64,000 nt of DNA from Polyangiaceae bacterium (GTDB lineage Bacteria > Myxococcota_A > Polyangia > Polyangiales > Polyangiaceae): NCBI GenBank assembly GCA_965222375.1, contig CBDCTZ010000013.1, positions 448,001-512,000 of the forward strand, written 5' to 3'. Positions 19,018-30,251 of the stretch are shown here, one piece after another (the stretch's first letter is position 1; every line of letters begins with the position of its first letter). The position numbers and the translations under genes were made by a program. A model generated the notes under the pieces. That model saw only the letters and a list, made by a program, of their open reading frames with translations, was not told where the DNA came from and did not search any database.

Positions 19018-22000
19018 TCATACTGTAGCAAATCCCCCGCTGCCGGGCCGAGCGCGCAGCTTTTCGACCTGCCAGCGGGCATGGGCGTACTCGGGGCTGG
19101 TCGCAAGGCGGAGCAGATCCGCCACCGCCTCGTGCTCCGCGGCCAGAGTCCGCAGGGCCCCGGGCTGGGTCAGATCCACATCAGGCAATCCGCCCTCGGC
19201 GATCACCTCGCGAATCGCAACCATCAAGTCGCCGGCGGCGAACAACCCGAAGCGGCGCACGACCCGGCGCGCGCTGGCCATGGCGGCGGCGTAGTCGGTG
19301 GTGGCCTTGTTGTCGCACAGCTCGCGCAGCCGGCGCTGGGATCGCGGCGGAACGCTCTCCCACAGCACCTCCGCCAGGTTGGCCACGCTGGCCAGGGATT
19401 TCGGATCTTCATCGACGGGGTGACCGAAGGCGAGTTCGAGAGCTCGGAGCGCACCTCGAGCCTGGGCCTCGGGCGCCCCAAACAAGAGTACATGCTCCGG
19501 AAGCGTACCGGCCAACATGGCAGCAACGTGATACGAGAGGTCCAAGGACTCGCGCGTCACGTTCCCAGACACAATCACCGCGGGCGGGGAGAGCAATGCC
19601 ACGCTCACCGTCACTGGCCCGGCGCTGCGGCGTTGGAAGATCGGCGTTCGGGCCAGCCCCAACGCCCGAGACGTCGATGAGAAGACGCGACCCAAAGGTG
19701 ACGGCGCGCCAAGGGGGATCCGCTCCAACCCGGTCACTCCGTAGCTGCTCGGATCTCGTCGGAACACATGGGACGCGCCTTCCCAAACCAGCGCGAGGGC
19801 TTCAGAAGACGAACTCTGGATCTCCCGGGTCAGCAAGGAACGCACTCCGGCGGGGTTTTCCGGCTGGTCTGCGAGGGGCGGAACAGCGACCGGAGACAGG
19901 GAGAAATCCAGGTAGTGCAGGGTGTGCTCGATCGCTCGAGCGTAGGCCACATCGCGATCCGCCAGCGCCGCCTCGAATAAGCGGCGGACCAGGTCGGGGT
20001 TGCCCGGATCGAGATGGGCGACGCGCCTGGCGATGCTGACCAGGTCGTGGGAACGGGAGGCCCGGTTCTCGAGCTGGTTCATCAGCTCCATGCCCGCATC
20101 CATGGACCCCTGGATGAGCAGTGCGAATAGATGTTCCTCGGCTCGCCCGACCGCGGGGAAAACGCGCGACGGGCGACGACCGAGTTCGACCTCGTCGACA
20201 GCGGGCTGCTCGGGCACCGGTTGGGCTGGCTCCATCGCCGCGGCAGGCGGAGACTCGACGGCCTCCTCCTGCGGGGGCGGGCGGTCGCTCAGCGGGGAGG
20301 GCCGCGTCGGCGGAATGCTCTGCTGCAGCTGGGCCGCGACCGGCGCCGGACTCTCCACGCGCGGTTGCATCGGCGGCGTCGGGGAGCGCTTCGCTGGAAT
20401 GGACGAGAGCGATGCCGGTTTCGGAGGCGGCGATGCAGAGGGCTGCGCAGGGATCGAAGCCGATGACTTCGGCTTGGGCGGCGGAGTGGCTTTGCGGGGA
20501 ATCAGGGACGGCTCGGGCGGTGCCGATAGCTGGCTGGTCCGATCGGGCTCCGCGCGACCATCTCGAGCCCTTTGCGCCGCGTCCATGCGCTCTTCGACGG
20601 CCACGCGGGCGCCAGGCTTGGCCGGGGCGCGACCCAACAGCCGCGCGCTGGATGCCGGCCGGCGTGGGTGCCGCACCGAGTCGCGAACCAGACGCTGATC
20701 GTTGACGAGCTCCACCTGAAGCGCCAGAGCCGCTTCCCGGGTGCGCTCGTCCGAGGCCGCCACCTCGACGTGTTTGAGCGCACGTTCCAATTCCCCGGCG
20801 ACGTGTGCGGCGTGCGCCGCGGACAGCGCGACTCGGGCGCGGGTGCGCAAGCCGTGCAGATCTCCTGACAACGCGATATCGAATGCGTCCAAGGCCTGAG
20901 CAGGTTCGCCGCCCTGGGCCAAGCGCTCCGCGACGCCAAGGGCAACGAGGGGCTGCGTCCCACTCTCGGCCTGGGCTCGGGAAAGCTCTCGCATTCCCGC
21001 CCCAGAACCCAGAGCAACGTCCAAGCTCTCCGCCAGCAAGAACGCGCGCAACGACAGCTGATCGTCACTCAGCCCTTCGGGGTCCACTCCGCGCAGCTCG
21101 GCAACCGTGACGCGCGCGTCGTTGGCCGAACCTGTTCCGCGAACCCGGTATTCGAGCCAGCGAGCGGTCAGTTGAGACTCGCCGTCGTCGGGCGCGAGCA
21201 ACGCCGCACGCTGCGCCCGGGCCACCGCCTCCTGGATCTCTGCCCCCGCATCAAAGGCACGGGCGGATTCCGTGAGCAGCCTGGCCCGCTCCTGAGCCGT
21301 GCCCGGGGACAGCGATGCGAGTTCGTCCAGAGCCGTGGCTAGTGCGATGGAATCCCCGGACGTGCGCTCCAGGTCGACGCGCAGCTGAAGCAGCTCGCTC
21401 GTGGGCTCTGCCCAGGCTTCGATGCCATCGAGCACGCGTCGTGAAGCGGCTGCGTCCCCGCCTAGAAGCTCGGCCCGGGCAGCCCTCAGGGCGGCGTCGG
21501 CGGCTTCCCGTTTGTCCGTCGTGCAAGCGCTCGCTCGCATCCACAGCTGGGCGGCGCGGGCGCTCGCGTCCATACGCTCGTGGAGATCCGCCAGCACTCG
21601 CAGCACCGAGTAGTTGTCACCGGTGGCGGCAATCAACGCCTCCAGCTCGGAACAGGCTTCGTCCGGCCGCCCCAAGCGCTGCTCGAGCACGCTGGCACGT
21701 CGCAAACGGATCCGCCGCACATCGTCGACCCGCAGCGCGAGCCCGGCGCGGCGGGACAGCAGCGCGGTCAGTGCCTCCCAGTCGCCTCGATGTTCGGCGT
21801 CCCGCTCCAACGCCGACAGCGCGGCCAAATTCTTGGGATCGAGTTCCAACACCTGACGGTGCCGCAGCAGTGCGCCGTGTTCGTCTTTGAGTTCTCCGAG
21901 CAGGTTGGCGAGCTCCCTCAGGGTCGTCAGCCGTTCCGCCTCGGGCAGCAGCTCGACGAGCTTGCCCAGGGCGTCCGCTTGGGCCCGCTTGTCGCCACCT

Positions 22001-25000
22001 TGCCGTGCCAGGGTGACCATGTCTTCCAGCAAGCTGCGCTGGTCGCCGAGGGTGGCGGCCATGCGAGACAGGATCGCCAAGGCGCGCTCGGGATCGCCGC
22101 GCGCGGCCACGAGCGCGGCCAGCTCCTGGGCCACTTTGCCCCGCTCGATGGGGTCCAGCCCCTCCCGCTCCAGCTCCCCGATGAGTAGCTGCTCCAGCTC
22201 ATCCCGCCGGCCCGCGGTCGGATACAGCTGGCGTAGGCGATCGCGCGCTGCGTTGCATTCTGCTTCTGAAGCTTCTGGGTCTCCCTTGACGCGTTCCAAC
22301 GCCTCGATCGCTTCGGCGTGCTCCCCCTGCTTTTGGGCAGTATCCGCTTCCTGGATCAGGTTGGCGATCCGCGCTGCGCTGGGAACAACCGCCACCACCC
22401 GATCGAACAGCTCGACTTCACCACTGGATTGCGCCGCGATGGTTGCTCGATGAACGAAGTCCGCATCATCTGGGAAGCGCTCGGCAAGGGCGACCAGGAG
22501 CGCTGCCTGAGTTCGCACGGAGCCGACTTCAGCGGCAATGCGGGCAGCCAACTGGAGCAACTCACGCCCCGGTTTTCCGTACTCTTTGGTAGTGAGCTCC
22601 AGGACCCGGCTCAACCATTCCCTGGCGGCAATCTCGCGTGCCGCCAATTCCTGCGCTTGATTCGCCAGATCCGAGAACTCATCGATGTCCGCGTCTGCAT
22701 CGATGGCGCGGTCCAGGGCCGAGAAGGCCACATTTCCGTCGTTCAGTAGACGCAGAGCAATCGAGGAAGCGACGATTGCCGTGCGCGCCCCTTCAGGGCC
22801 CTTGCAGCCGCTGAGCAGTTCCTCCAAAGCGCGGCGCATGCGCATTTCGACGACATCTCGAGAATCTGGCGAAGTGCGCAAGACCAGCAGTGCTGCTTCG
22901 CCGAGGGAGCGCAGCGTCTCGCGATCGCCACGCACAGCCAGAGCGCGCAGGAGCACGTCCATGCGCTGACGAGCACCTTCCTCGCCGCCGCCGGCCAGGG
23001 CCGCTGCTCGCTGGAGCCAGGCGGCGCGCTCGCGCTTGTCGGTTTGCTTGTTCGCCACCCGCTCCAGAGATCGAACGATCTCACCGGCAGCCTCCACATG
23101 CCCAGCCAATCGGGTCATGACGACGTAGGTGACACCTTCCGTCGGAACCGCCTCGAAGGCCTTCACAGCGTGACGGATCGCACGGTTCGGGTGGCCACGT
23201 CTTTCGAACAAGCGGGACGCACGGTAGTGCACCGCGCGCTCCCCGTAGCGCCCCAACGCAGCATCGGACAATTTGTCGTAGATGGCTTCGAGCTGATCGA
23301 GATCTGCCGCGCTGGTGGCGCGCTCCGCAATGGCAAGCACGTCCGTCCGCGAGGGATCGAGATCCAGAGCCCGAATACTGAGACGCAACGCTGACGCCGA
23401 GTCGCCCGAGGACAGCGCCACCATGGCCGCGGTGCCAAATGCGCGGGATGCGTCCTGGGGCCTTTCCATGCGCACCGCGCTTTCTTCGAGGCGCTTGACC
23501 GCCTCCACGTGCCCCGCAAAGGACAGCAGATCCCGAGCGAAGCGTGCGGGCCCGCGTTCTCGGTCGAGGTCCGCGGCGCGCTCCCAAGCAGCCACGGCTC
23601 CCTCTACGTCACCAGCCAAGTCCCACAGCGCTGCACCGAGTTCGCGGAAGGCTTTCGCTGCCTCGAGGGGGACCGCCGGGGTTGCCCGAGCCGTTGCCTC
23701 AGCCCGAGCCTCGAGAGCGCATAGCTCGCCATCGCTGCCTCGAGCCTCCGGGCTCTGCTCCAATGCCTGCAACACCCGATCCGACTCGGCACCGAAGCGA
23801 GCAGCCCGTGCCAACGAACGCAGCGCTCCGTCTACATCCCCGACGGCGCCTCTGCGCGCTGCGATGTCCAAAGCGAGTTCCGCCCGGGCTCCATCATCGC
23901 CAGCGGTTGCGATGCGACGCTCCAACACCGTCAGCGCCAAGCCGGGCTCTTCCGCCGCGTCGGCCACCAGCAACACGACCTCGCACAGTTCCGGCGACCT
24001 CGGTCCAAGAACATCCACGGCGCGGCGCGCGATCCCCGCCGCTCGGGTGGAGTCGAGCTCCGACAAACGCAGCAGTGCAGCCCCGAGCGCGGGTGCCATG
24101 TCGAGGAGGGGTTCCGGCTGCGAGAGTAGCCAAGAGAGTGCGTCAGCCAACCGTCGCGCATCGCCGCTTTCCGTTACCCGACCGAGCAACGTGCGCGCAG
24201 CACGAGCATCTCCGGGTCGCAGAGCCAGCCAGCGCTGCGTCCACGCTAGCGCCAACACCGGGTCGCCGAGGGCCTCGTGGGCTTCGGCCAAGGCCTCACA
24301 CAACGCGGGTCGGGGCACGATCACCCCCATGGCGCGGTCGATTGCCTCTGCGGACTCTTCGCTCGGCCCCCGACGCAGGGCCACCGCCGCCAGCACGCCC
24401 ACCGGGCGCGCCAGGGAAGGATCGGCTCGGCGCGCTTGATCCGACGCCGAGATGGCGCCGTCCAAATCGCCGGCTTCTAGCAGCGCCTCCGCGGCTACGG
24501 CCAGTGCAACCGCCCGCACGCTCGCTGACAGCGGCTGAGAGAGCCGCGACAGAGCCCGAGCGCGACGCACGGGATCGTCACGTCGCGCCGCCAGCACCAC
24601 GGCGTAGCTCCAGGCCTGAGCGTGGGCGGCCGGCTCTTCTAGGGAAGCATCCAGTATCTCCAACGCTCCGGGAAGATCGCCGTGCTGCGAGCGGATCTTG
24701 GCGATCCTGACTCGTGCTCGCTCGACGTCGAATCCGGCAGGAGGCTGCGCCAGCCAGCGCCTCAACAGCGTTTCCAATTCGTCGTCGTTGCCGCTGCGCT
24801 CCAGGGACTTCTCGAAGCGAAGCCGACGTTCCGTGCGGTCCGGATCAGCGCGGACCAGCCGGCGTAGCAAGCCCTCCAGGTCATCTTGACGCTCAGGCCA
24901 TTCAACGAGCATCTCCGCGACTCGTTCCACGGCGGCGCCGCGCTCCGAATCCGACGCTTCCTTCAGCAGCTGTTCGGCCTCCTGCAGGGCCGTCTCGAGG

Positions 25001-26424
25001 GCTTCAGCCTGAGGGAGCAACCGGTCGGCCTGGGCGGCCAGCTCTGCGCTGGGCTGGACTTCGCGCTGGCGCTCGGTCGCCCAGTGCGCGAGCCGCGGGG
25101 CTTCGAGTTCCACCTCCGCCATGTGTGCCAGGTCGCGCAGCAGCGTCAGTGCTTCCCTTTTACCTGGGTGGTGCAGTGCGGCGTAGATCAGAGCGTCCGC
25201 AACCGCCCATGGGTCGAGGCTTCCCCGACGATGCTCGAGCAATGCGTTGCGAGCTTCTTCGATACCCGGTGACAATCGAAGCGCCTCTCGAAACGCTCGC
25301 AACGCTCGATCCGGACTGGACAAGGTCTCCTCGTACAACTTGCCGAGGGACAGATAGGCCCGCCCCCGTTCGTCGGGATCGAGGGAAGAGGCAGTCAGTT
25401 CATCGTGGGCCGCGAGCAACTCGTGCAGGCCCCCACGGGCCAGCACTTCCGCAAAGGCAGACGCGGCCGAATCAGGCGTGGCGCCGAAGCGCCCCGCGCT
25501 CCCATCGGCGTCGAGTTGGGCGTCGAATGCCGCCCCTAGCGCCGTGGGGAGATCCGACGCATCCAGAGCGTGGCGCAATCGCTCCAAATGCACCGCGCGT
25601 CCACTCTCGCCACAAGCGCGAGCATGCTCCCGCAACACCTCATCGGCTGCGCCAATGCGGCTACGAGCGCGAAGGGTCGTAGCCAGTTTCTCCGCCACTA
25701 TGGGTTCGTGGGGCGCCATTTCGAATGCGCGCAAGAGGTTCTCGAAAGCACCCACGCGGTCCTTGGCGCGATCCCTCCGACGAGCACCCTCCAGATACGC
25801 TCCCGCAGCTCGACTTCGCGAGACGTCGTCAGGCGCCCACGCGGAGAGTCCACCCAACAACTCCGCAGCCGCGGAGTCCGTCGGGTCCGCACGGGCGGCT
25901 TCGAAGAAAGCGTCAGCCGCGGCGGCAGCGTTTCCGGCTCGACCAAAAAGCACGCCCATGCGGGTGAGTTTCGCTGCCGCTGCAGCGCTCTGGCGTACCA
26001 GGGGTTCCAGAGTCCGCGCGGCCAAGCTGGACTCGCCGACCGCCGACAGCCACTGCGCCAACTCTTCTCGCAAGGTGGGATCGTCGCCAAGGAGCAGCGC
26101 GCGTCGCGCCAGCTTGATGGCCTCGTCCAAGCCGGTGCCGCGCTGGGTCAACGCGCGAGCCAGGGCGGCGGACGCTTGGCGCTCGGAGTCAGCGTCGTTC
26201 TGGGCACGCGCAGCGCGGGCCCGAGCCCTGAAGAACGCCAATTCCGCACGCGGCCCGGTGCGGCGAGCAACCGCTGGATCTTGAGTGAGCAACTCCAGCT
26301 GCAAGGACACCGCCGAGCGCGGCCCCTCCCGCCCCACCCATTCAGGAGGCGGCAAGGTGCGCACGCGCGGCTCCGCGGGGCCAGCTCCGGGAAAGTCCGA
26401 TTGGGTCTTCGGAGGCGAACTCAT
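19018..26424 (-). CDS. Giant TPR/alpha-solenoid protein (2468 aa) with Pro-rich linker
   Basis: Uninterrupted 7.4-kb ORF with repeated A..(Y/F/L)..AL..DP TPR-like signatures and a Pro/Ser-rich region near the C-terminus. Confidence 0.85.
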   Translation of the reverse strand: MSSPPKTQSDFPGAGPAEPRVRTLPPPEWVGREGPRSAVSLQLELLTQDPAVARRTGPRAELAFFRARARAARAQNDADSERQASAALARALTQRGTGLDEAIKLARRALLLGDDPTLREELAQWLSAVGESSLAARTLEPLVRQSAAAAAKLTRMGVLFGRAGNAAAAADAFFEAARADPTDSAAAELLGGLSAWAPDDVSRSRAAGAYLEGARRRDRAKDRVGAFENLLRAFEMAPHEPIVAEKLATTLRARSRIGAADEVLREHARACGESGRAVHLERLRHALDASDLPTALGAAFDAQLDADGSAGRFGATPDSAASAFAEVLARGGLHELLAAHDELTASSLDPDERGRAYLSLGKLYEETLSSPDRALRAFREALRLSPGIEEARNALLEHRRGSLDPWAVADALIYAALHHPGKREALTLLRDLAHMAEVELEAPRLAHWATERQREVQPSAELAAQADRLLPQAEALETALQEAEQLLKEASDSERGAAVERVAEMLVEWPERQDDLEGLLRRLVRADPDRTERRLRFEKSLERSGNDDELETLLRRWLAQPPAGFDVERARVRIAKIRSQHGDLPGALEILDASLEEPAAHAQAWSYAVVLAARRDDPVRRARALSRLSQPLSASVRAVALAVAAEALLEAGDLDGAISASDQARRADPSLARPVGVLAAVALRRGPSEESAEAIDRAMGVIVPRPALCEALAEAHEALGDPVLALAWTQRWLALRPGDARAARTLLGRVTESGDARRLADALSWLLSQPEPLLDMAPALGAALLRLSELDSTRAAGIARRAVDVLGPRSPELCEVVLLVADAAEEPGLALTVLERRIATAGDDGARAELALDIAARRGAVGDVDGALRSLARAARFGAESDRVLQALEQSPEARGSDGELCALEARAEATARATPAVPLEAAKAFRELGAALWDLAGDVEGAVAAWERAADLDRERGPARFARDLLSFAGHVEAVKRLEESAVRMERPQDASRAFGTAAMVALSSGDSASALRLSIRALDLDPSRTDVLAIAERATSAADLDQLEAIYDKLSDAALGRYGERAVHYRASRLFERRGHPNRAIRHAVKAFEAVPTEGVTYVVMTRLAGHVEAAGEIVRSLERVANKQTDKRERAAWLQRAAALAGGGEEGARQRMDVLLRALAVRGDRETLRSLGEAALLVLRTSPDSRDVVEMRMRRALEELLSGCKGPEGARTAIVASSIALRLLNDGNVAFSALDRAIDADADIDEFSDLANQAQELAAREIAAREWLSRVLELTTKEYGKPGRELLQLAARIAAEVGSVRTQAALLVALAERFPDDADFVHRATIAAQSSGEVELFDRVVAVVPSAARIANLIQEADTAQKQGEHAEAIEALERVKGDPEASEAECNAARDRLRQLYPTAGRRDELEQLLIGELEREGLDPIERGKVAQELAALVAARGDPERALAILSRMAATLGDQRSLLEDMVTLARQGGDKRAQADALGKLVELLPEAERLTTLRELANLLGELKDEHGALLRHRQVLELDPKNLAALSALERDAEHRGDWEALTALLSRRAGLALRVDDVRRIRLRRASVLEQRLGRPDEACSELEALIAATGDNYSVLRVLADLHERMDASARAAQLWMRASACTTDKREAADAALRAARAELLGGDAAASRRVLDGIEAWAEPTSELLQLRVDLERTSGDSIALATALDELASLSPGTAQERARLLTESARAFDAGAEIQEAVARAQRAALLAPDDGESQLTARWLEYRVRGTGSANDARVTVAELRGVDPEGLSDDQLSLRAFLLAESLDVALGSGAGMRELSRAQAESGTQPLVALGVAERLAQGGEPAQALDAFDIALSGDLHGLRTRARVALSAAHAAHVAGELERALKHVEVAASDERTREAALALQVELVNDQRLVRDSVRHPRRPASSARLLGRAPAKPGARVAVEERMDAAQRARDGRAEPDRTSQLSAPPEPSLIPRKATPPPKPKSSASIPAQPSASPPPKPASLSSIPAKRSPTPPMQPRVESPAPVAAQLQQSIPPTRPSPLSDRPPPQEEAVESPPAAAMEPAQPVPEQPAVDEVELGRRPSRVFPAVGRAEEHLFALLIQGSMDAGMELMNQLENRASRSHDLVSIARRVAHLDPGNPDLVRRLFEAALADRDVAYARAIEHTLHYLDFSLSPVAVPPLADQPENPAGVRSLLTREIQSSSSEALALVWEGASHVFRRDPSSYGVTGLERIPLGAPSPLGRVFSSTSRALGLARTPIFQRRSAGPVTVSVALLSPPAVIVSGNVTRESLDLSYHVAAMLAGTLPEHVLLFGAPEAQARGALRALELAFGHPVDEDPKSLASVANLAEVLWESVPPRSQRRLRELCDNKATTDYAAAMASARRVVRRFGLFAAGDLMVAIREVIAEGGLPDVDLTQPGALRTLAAEHEAVADLLRLATSPEYAHARWQVEKLRARPGSGGFATV

Positions 26425-26557
26425 GATGAAGTGGACACTTTCCGGGCCTGAGCCCGGCTTTTCCGGAGACTATATCCAAACCGGGCTTGTCCAGACTCCA
26501 CCTTGGGTCTAGCCTCGTATCGCCGCGACCGACGGATCCCGCGGCGGAGGCTGGTCC

Positions 26558-27595
26558 ATGCAAAACTTCTCGTTATTTATGCGTTTTCCTGTGCTGGGTG
26601 CCGCCGTTGTCGCTGGCTCCCTGATCTCCGTGACCGCCCCGGCCCCGGCAGCGGCTCAAGGCAAGGCCGCCGCGGCCAAGCCGAGCGCCAAGGACAAGGC
26701 GACGGCCCGCAAGTCATACGGAGAGGGCGAGAAAGCCTACAAGGCCGGCAAGTACGGCGACGCCTACGACGCTTTCAAGAAAGCCTACGACGCCATTCCG
26801 ACACCTCACGCCGAGTACTGGATGGCGAAGGCCCTCGACAAGCAGGACAAGAAGGACGAGGCGGCCGCCGCATACCAGAAGTTCCTGGACAACCCTGGCA
26901 AGGACAAAGCCGGCAGCGAAAAAGTCAGCGATGCCAAGAAACGGCTCGACGAGTTAAAGGGCAAGCAAGTCGGTGAGGTCAACATCATCACAACGCCCGC
27001 CGGCGCCACGGTCATGATCGATGGGCAGCCCCAGATGGGTGAGGCGCCCATGATTGTGAAACTGCCTCCGGGCAAGCATACGGTCGCAATCAGCTCGCCC
27101 GGCTACCAGAATGTCGAGCGTGAGGTTGAAGTGAAGGCCGGCGACAAGTCCGAGCTCTCTGTCGAGCTCGTTCTGGCAGAGGCGCCGGTGGAGCCGGGCG
27201 AAGAGCCACCGCCGGAGCCGACCTCACCGCCCCCCGAGGAACCACCGCCCGCATCATCCAAGAGCAAGGTGCCCGCCTACGTCACCTTGGGCATCGCCGG
27301 TGCCAGCGCGCTGGTCGGCACGTTCTTCGGAGTAAAAGCCCTGAGCGCCAAGAGCGACTTCAACGACAAGCCCACGACAGATGCCGCGGACGACGTCGAG
27401 CGCAACGCTTTGATCGCCGACATGGCTTTCGGCGTTGCCATTACCCTGGGCGTCACCGGTGTGGTGCTCCTAACCAGCGCAGATTCCGACGAAAAGGCCG
27501 CTAAGAAGAAGCGCTTCGTCAGTGGCCCGCGCTTCAGCGTAGCTCCGGTGATCGGACCCACGGGTGGCGGTGCCGCTGCCCACGTCACTTTCTGA
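26558..27595 (+). CDS. TPR + PEGA domain protein
   Basis: Signal peptide, TPR (GEKAYKAGKYGDAYDAFKKAY), PEGA (TTPAGATVMIDG...LPPGKHTV...PGY), C-terminal hydrophobic segments. Confidence 0.9.
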   Translation: MQNFSLFMRFPVLGAAVVAGSLISVTAPAPAAAQGKAAAAKPSAKDKATARKSYGEGEKAYKAGKYGDAYDAFKKAYDAIPTPHAEYWMAKALDKQDKKDEAAAAYQKFLDNPGKDKAGSEKVSDAKKRLDELKGKQVGEVNIITTPAGATVMIDGQPQMGEAPMIVKLPPGKHTVAISSPGYQNVEREVEVKAGDKSELSVELVLAEAPVEPGEEPPPEPTSPPPEEPPPASSKSKVPAYVTLGIAGASALVGTFFGVKALSAKSDFNDKPTTDAADDVERNALIADMAFGVAITLGVTGVVLLTSADSDEKAAKKKRFVSGPRFSVAPVIGPTGGGAAAHVTF

Positions 27596-27619
27596 GCCGG
27601 CCTCCTACACCGAGCTCGG

Positions 27620-27653
27620 ACGCGCTGGTTCGATATTCGAGCCAGCGCGTTTC
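27620..27653. terminator. Intrinsic, probably bidirectional, terminator
   Basis: ACGCGCTGGTTCGA-tat-TCGAGCCAGCGCGT, a 14-bp stem with one G-U pair, followed by a T-rich tail, between convergent genes. Confidence 0.7.
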
Positions 27654-27677
27654 GTCTTGTGACTTACGGGTTTCGCG

Positions 27678-29015
27678 TCATCCCGTGCCGTCTTCCAGGC
27701 GCTGGTTGATCGCGTCCACGACCTTCCCGTAGTCGGCCGCCAGCATCATCGGCGGGTTTGCCAATCTAGACGCGACGTCCGGAACCTTGCCCTCGTGATA
27801 GCGCACCTTGAATTCCGTGAACTTCAGACCGCTGGCCGTCGAGATGCATACGACTTTGTGATGCTTCTCGATCGTGCCCTGCTTCACCAGCTTTTCCAGG
27901 GCTGCAAGCGCGACGGCGGTGTGGGGGCAGGTGTACATGCCCGTTCGATCCGCTCGCGCAGCCGCATCGGATAGTTCCTGCTCCGTGGCTTGTTCGACGA
28001 TGCCATCCATGGCTTCTAGAGCACGCACAGCGCGGGGCGCACTAACCGGATTGCCGATCTGAATCGCCGTCGCTTGAGTGGGCTCAGCCACGATCGGCAC
28101 CACGGTCTTTTCCTTGGCAACGTACGCTCGATATAGGGGATTCGCGTTTGCAGCTTGGGCCATGACCAAGCGCGGGAACCGCGAGATCAGCCCCAGCTCG
28201 CGCATCATTTCGAAGCCGGCATGCAGGGCGGACGCATTGCCGAGGTTCCCGCTCGGAAGGATGATCCAATCCGGCACCGCCCAGTCGAATTGTTGGGTGA
28301 TCTCGATGCCGACGGTCTTCTGCCCCTCCAGCCGCAACGCGTTCATGCTGTTGGCCAGGTAAACCTGCCCTTCTTCAGCCAGCTGGGTCACGATCTTCAT
28401 GCAACCATCGAAGTCCGTGTCCAGTCCCAGCACGAGGGCCCCGTGGGCGAGGGGTTGTACCAACTGCCCGGTCGAGATCTTGCCTCGGGGCAAGAGCACC
28501 ACTACCGGGAGCCCCGCCGCGGCGCCATAGGCCGCGAGGGCGGCGCTGGTGTCACCCGTCGAAGCGCAGGCGACTGCCTTGAGTTTCAGGCCTTCGCGTA
28601 CGGCCATGCGCACGACGCTAACCAACACGGTCATACCCAGGTCTTTGAAAGAACCGCTGTGGCTATTGCCACACAGCTTGACCCAGAGGTCGCCGAGACC
28701 AATGGACTTCCCGTAGCGCTCAGCCCAGAAGAGATTCGAGCCACCCTCGTAGGTGCTGACAATCAGGTCATCAGGCACCGTGGGCATGACCCACTCCTTC
28801 TTGCCCCAGACGCCCGAGCCATAGGGCCAGGTGGTTTTCATGTAGCGGCCGTCGAACAGCTGTTTCCACTCCTCGGCAGTTTTGGTCTTCAGCGCATCTG
28901 TGTCGTGCACGACCTGCAACAGGCCACTGCAACTGGGACAGCGATAGATCGGTTGAGTTACGGGGTAGCTGCCAGCGCATCCAGCAAGACAAGCGAGTTC
29001 AGCACGGTAGGTCAC
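27678..29015 (-). CDS. thrC: Threonine synthase
   Basis: [10 protein letters not shown] (PLP lysine), [33 protein letters not shown] start at 29015 chosen to avoid overlap with the divergent gene. Confidence 0.92.
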   Translation of the reverse strand: MTYRAELACLAGCAGSYPVTQPIYRCPSCSGLLQVVHDTDALKTKTAEEWKQLFDGRYMKTTWPYGSGVWGKKEWVMPTVPDDLIVSTYEGGSNLFWAERYGKSIGLGDLWVKLCGNSHSGSFKDLGMTVLVSVVRMAVREGLKLKAVACASTGDTSAALAAYGAAAGLPVVVLLPRGKISTGQLVQPLAHGALVLGLDTDFDGCMKIVTQLAEEGQVYLANSMNALRLEGQKTVGIEITQQFDWAVPDWIILPSGNLGNASALHAGFEMMRELGLISRFPRLVMAQAANANPLYRAYVAKEKTVVPIVAEPTQATAIQIGNPVSAPRAVRALEAMDGIVEQATEQELSDAAARADRTGMYTCPHTAVALAALEKLVKQGTIEKHHKVVCISTASGLKFTEFKVRYHEGKVPDVASRLANPPMMLAADYGKVVDAINQRLEDGTG

Positions 29016-29126
29016 GGGCGCGACTATAACCGACGCTCGCGCGCGTCGCTCGTTGACGGCTCGATCGAGTCGCGCTAACCGCGCGACGCGAGAGCGAGGC
29101 GCTCTCTGGCGACCCGGAAACAAAAG

Positions 29127-30251
29127 ATGGCGGCGCAAGAAGAGTCCGGCTCCAGCGACAAGCCCAAGTGGGCGCTCGTGTTGCGCCGAACGGATGCAGA
29201 TCCTGCGCGACGAGTCGGTGGGCTTTCCCTCGCGCTGCGGCTCGCCCTGGACGCCCAGACCTCGGGCGCCCAGGGCGTCGTGCTCGAACCGGGCGTATCC
29301 GCGCAGCTGCTGCACGACGCGCGCCTCAAGATTCCCGTGCTCGAAGAGGCAGCGGAGCGCCAGGCACTGGTGTCGGTACCTGCCAGCTACCTGATGCCAA
29401 GGCAGTTGCTATCGCGGCTCGCAGGGGGCGGGTTGCCGGCCCCAGGGCAGACGCGAGATTTGGTCGCGGAGCCGTTGCACGTGGACGTTCCTTACGGATT
29501 CGGGCCCTTGGACGTCCGGGATGCGGCGACCGCCCGCCAGGGCGAGCGCGCACTCTTCCGAGCACTGCGCAAGCCCCAAGACGGGTGGACGAGCCGCCAC
29601 TTGAACCGCTACATCTCGCTGTCGATCAGTCGGCTCCTGGTCCGCACGCCCCTGACGCCCAATCAGGTCTCCGTCGGGATCCTGGCCGTCGGGCTCGCCG
29701 GCGCCGTGCTCGCGACTCGCGGCGACTATCTGTCGCTGCTCGTCGCGGCGACGCTGTTCCAGGCCCAGAGCGTTCTGGACGGCTGTGATGGTGAGATGAG
29801 TCGGGTGACCCATCGCGGCTCCCTCGCTGGGCAGTGGCTGGATACGGTCGGCGATGATCTGACGAACTACGGTTTCTTCGCGGGGGCCGCCATTGGGCTC
29901 TATCAAACGACCTCCCATTGGGCCTATCTGCTCGCCGGCGGCGTGACCGTCCTATGCGGGGTCACGGTCAGCGCCATCGAGTACCGCTACTTGATCCGCA
30001 TCGGTTCCGGAGACTTGCTTCAGTATCCCTTGTCCGCGCAAAGCACCGCAGAGGATGGCGGCCTGTACTCGAAGATCGCGCCCTTGTTCAAGCGAGATAC
30101 CTTCGTGTTTCTGACCTGGATTGCCGCACTGTTTTCCCTGGTTGGACCCATGCTATTTGTGTTCGCGGCCGGTGCTGTTGGTATCTTGATGGGTGTGTTG
30201 ACCGCAGAACTGAGAATGGCGCGGGAGCGCCGCCAGGGCGCGACTCCGTGA
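29127..30251 (+). CDS. CDP-alcohol phosphatidyltransferase family protein
   Basis: TPNQVS and the DGCDGEMSR...GQWLDTVGD signature; degenerate NTP-transferase-like N-terminus. Confidence 0.88.
   Translation: MAAQEESGSSDKPKWALVLRRTDADPARRVGGLSLALRLALDAQTSGAQGVVLEPGVSAQLLHDARLKIPVLEEAAERQALVSVPASYLMPRQLLSRLAGGGLPAPGQTRDLVAEPLHVDVPYGFGPLDVRDAATARQGERALFRALRKPQDGWTSRHLNRYISLSISRLLVRTPLTPNQVSVGILAVGLAGAVLATRGDYLSLLVAATLFQAQSVLDGCDGEMSRVTHRGSLAGQWLDTVGDDLTNYGFFAGAAIGLYQTTSHWAYLLAGGVTVLCGVTVSAIEYRYLIRIGSGDLLQYPLSAQSTAEDGGLYSKIAPLFKRDTFVFLTWIAALFSLVGPMLFVFAAGAVGILMGVLTAELRMARERRQGATP

Noticed and set aside
17491..19680. Long alternative ORFs (729 aa here; also 56781-58382, 59605-60834, 62714-63817)
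   Set aside because: They are antisense shadows of real genes, expected in high-GC DNA, and carry no recognisable motifs.
29016..29315. ORF-track N-terminal extensions of thrC (also rplC, rlmE, HNH copy 2 and the 29918 ORF)
   Set aside because: The extensions overlap neighbouring genes or conserved non-coding sequence; downstream starts fit family N-termini and RBS positions better.
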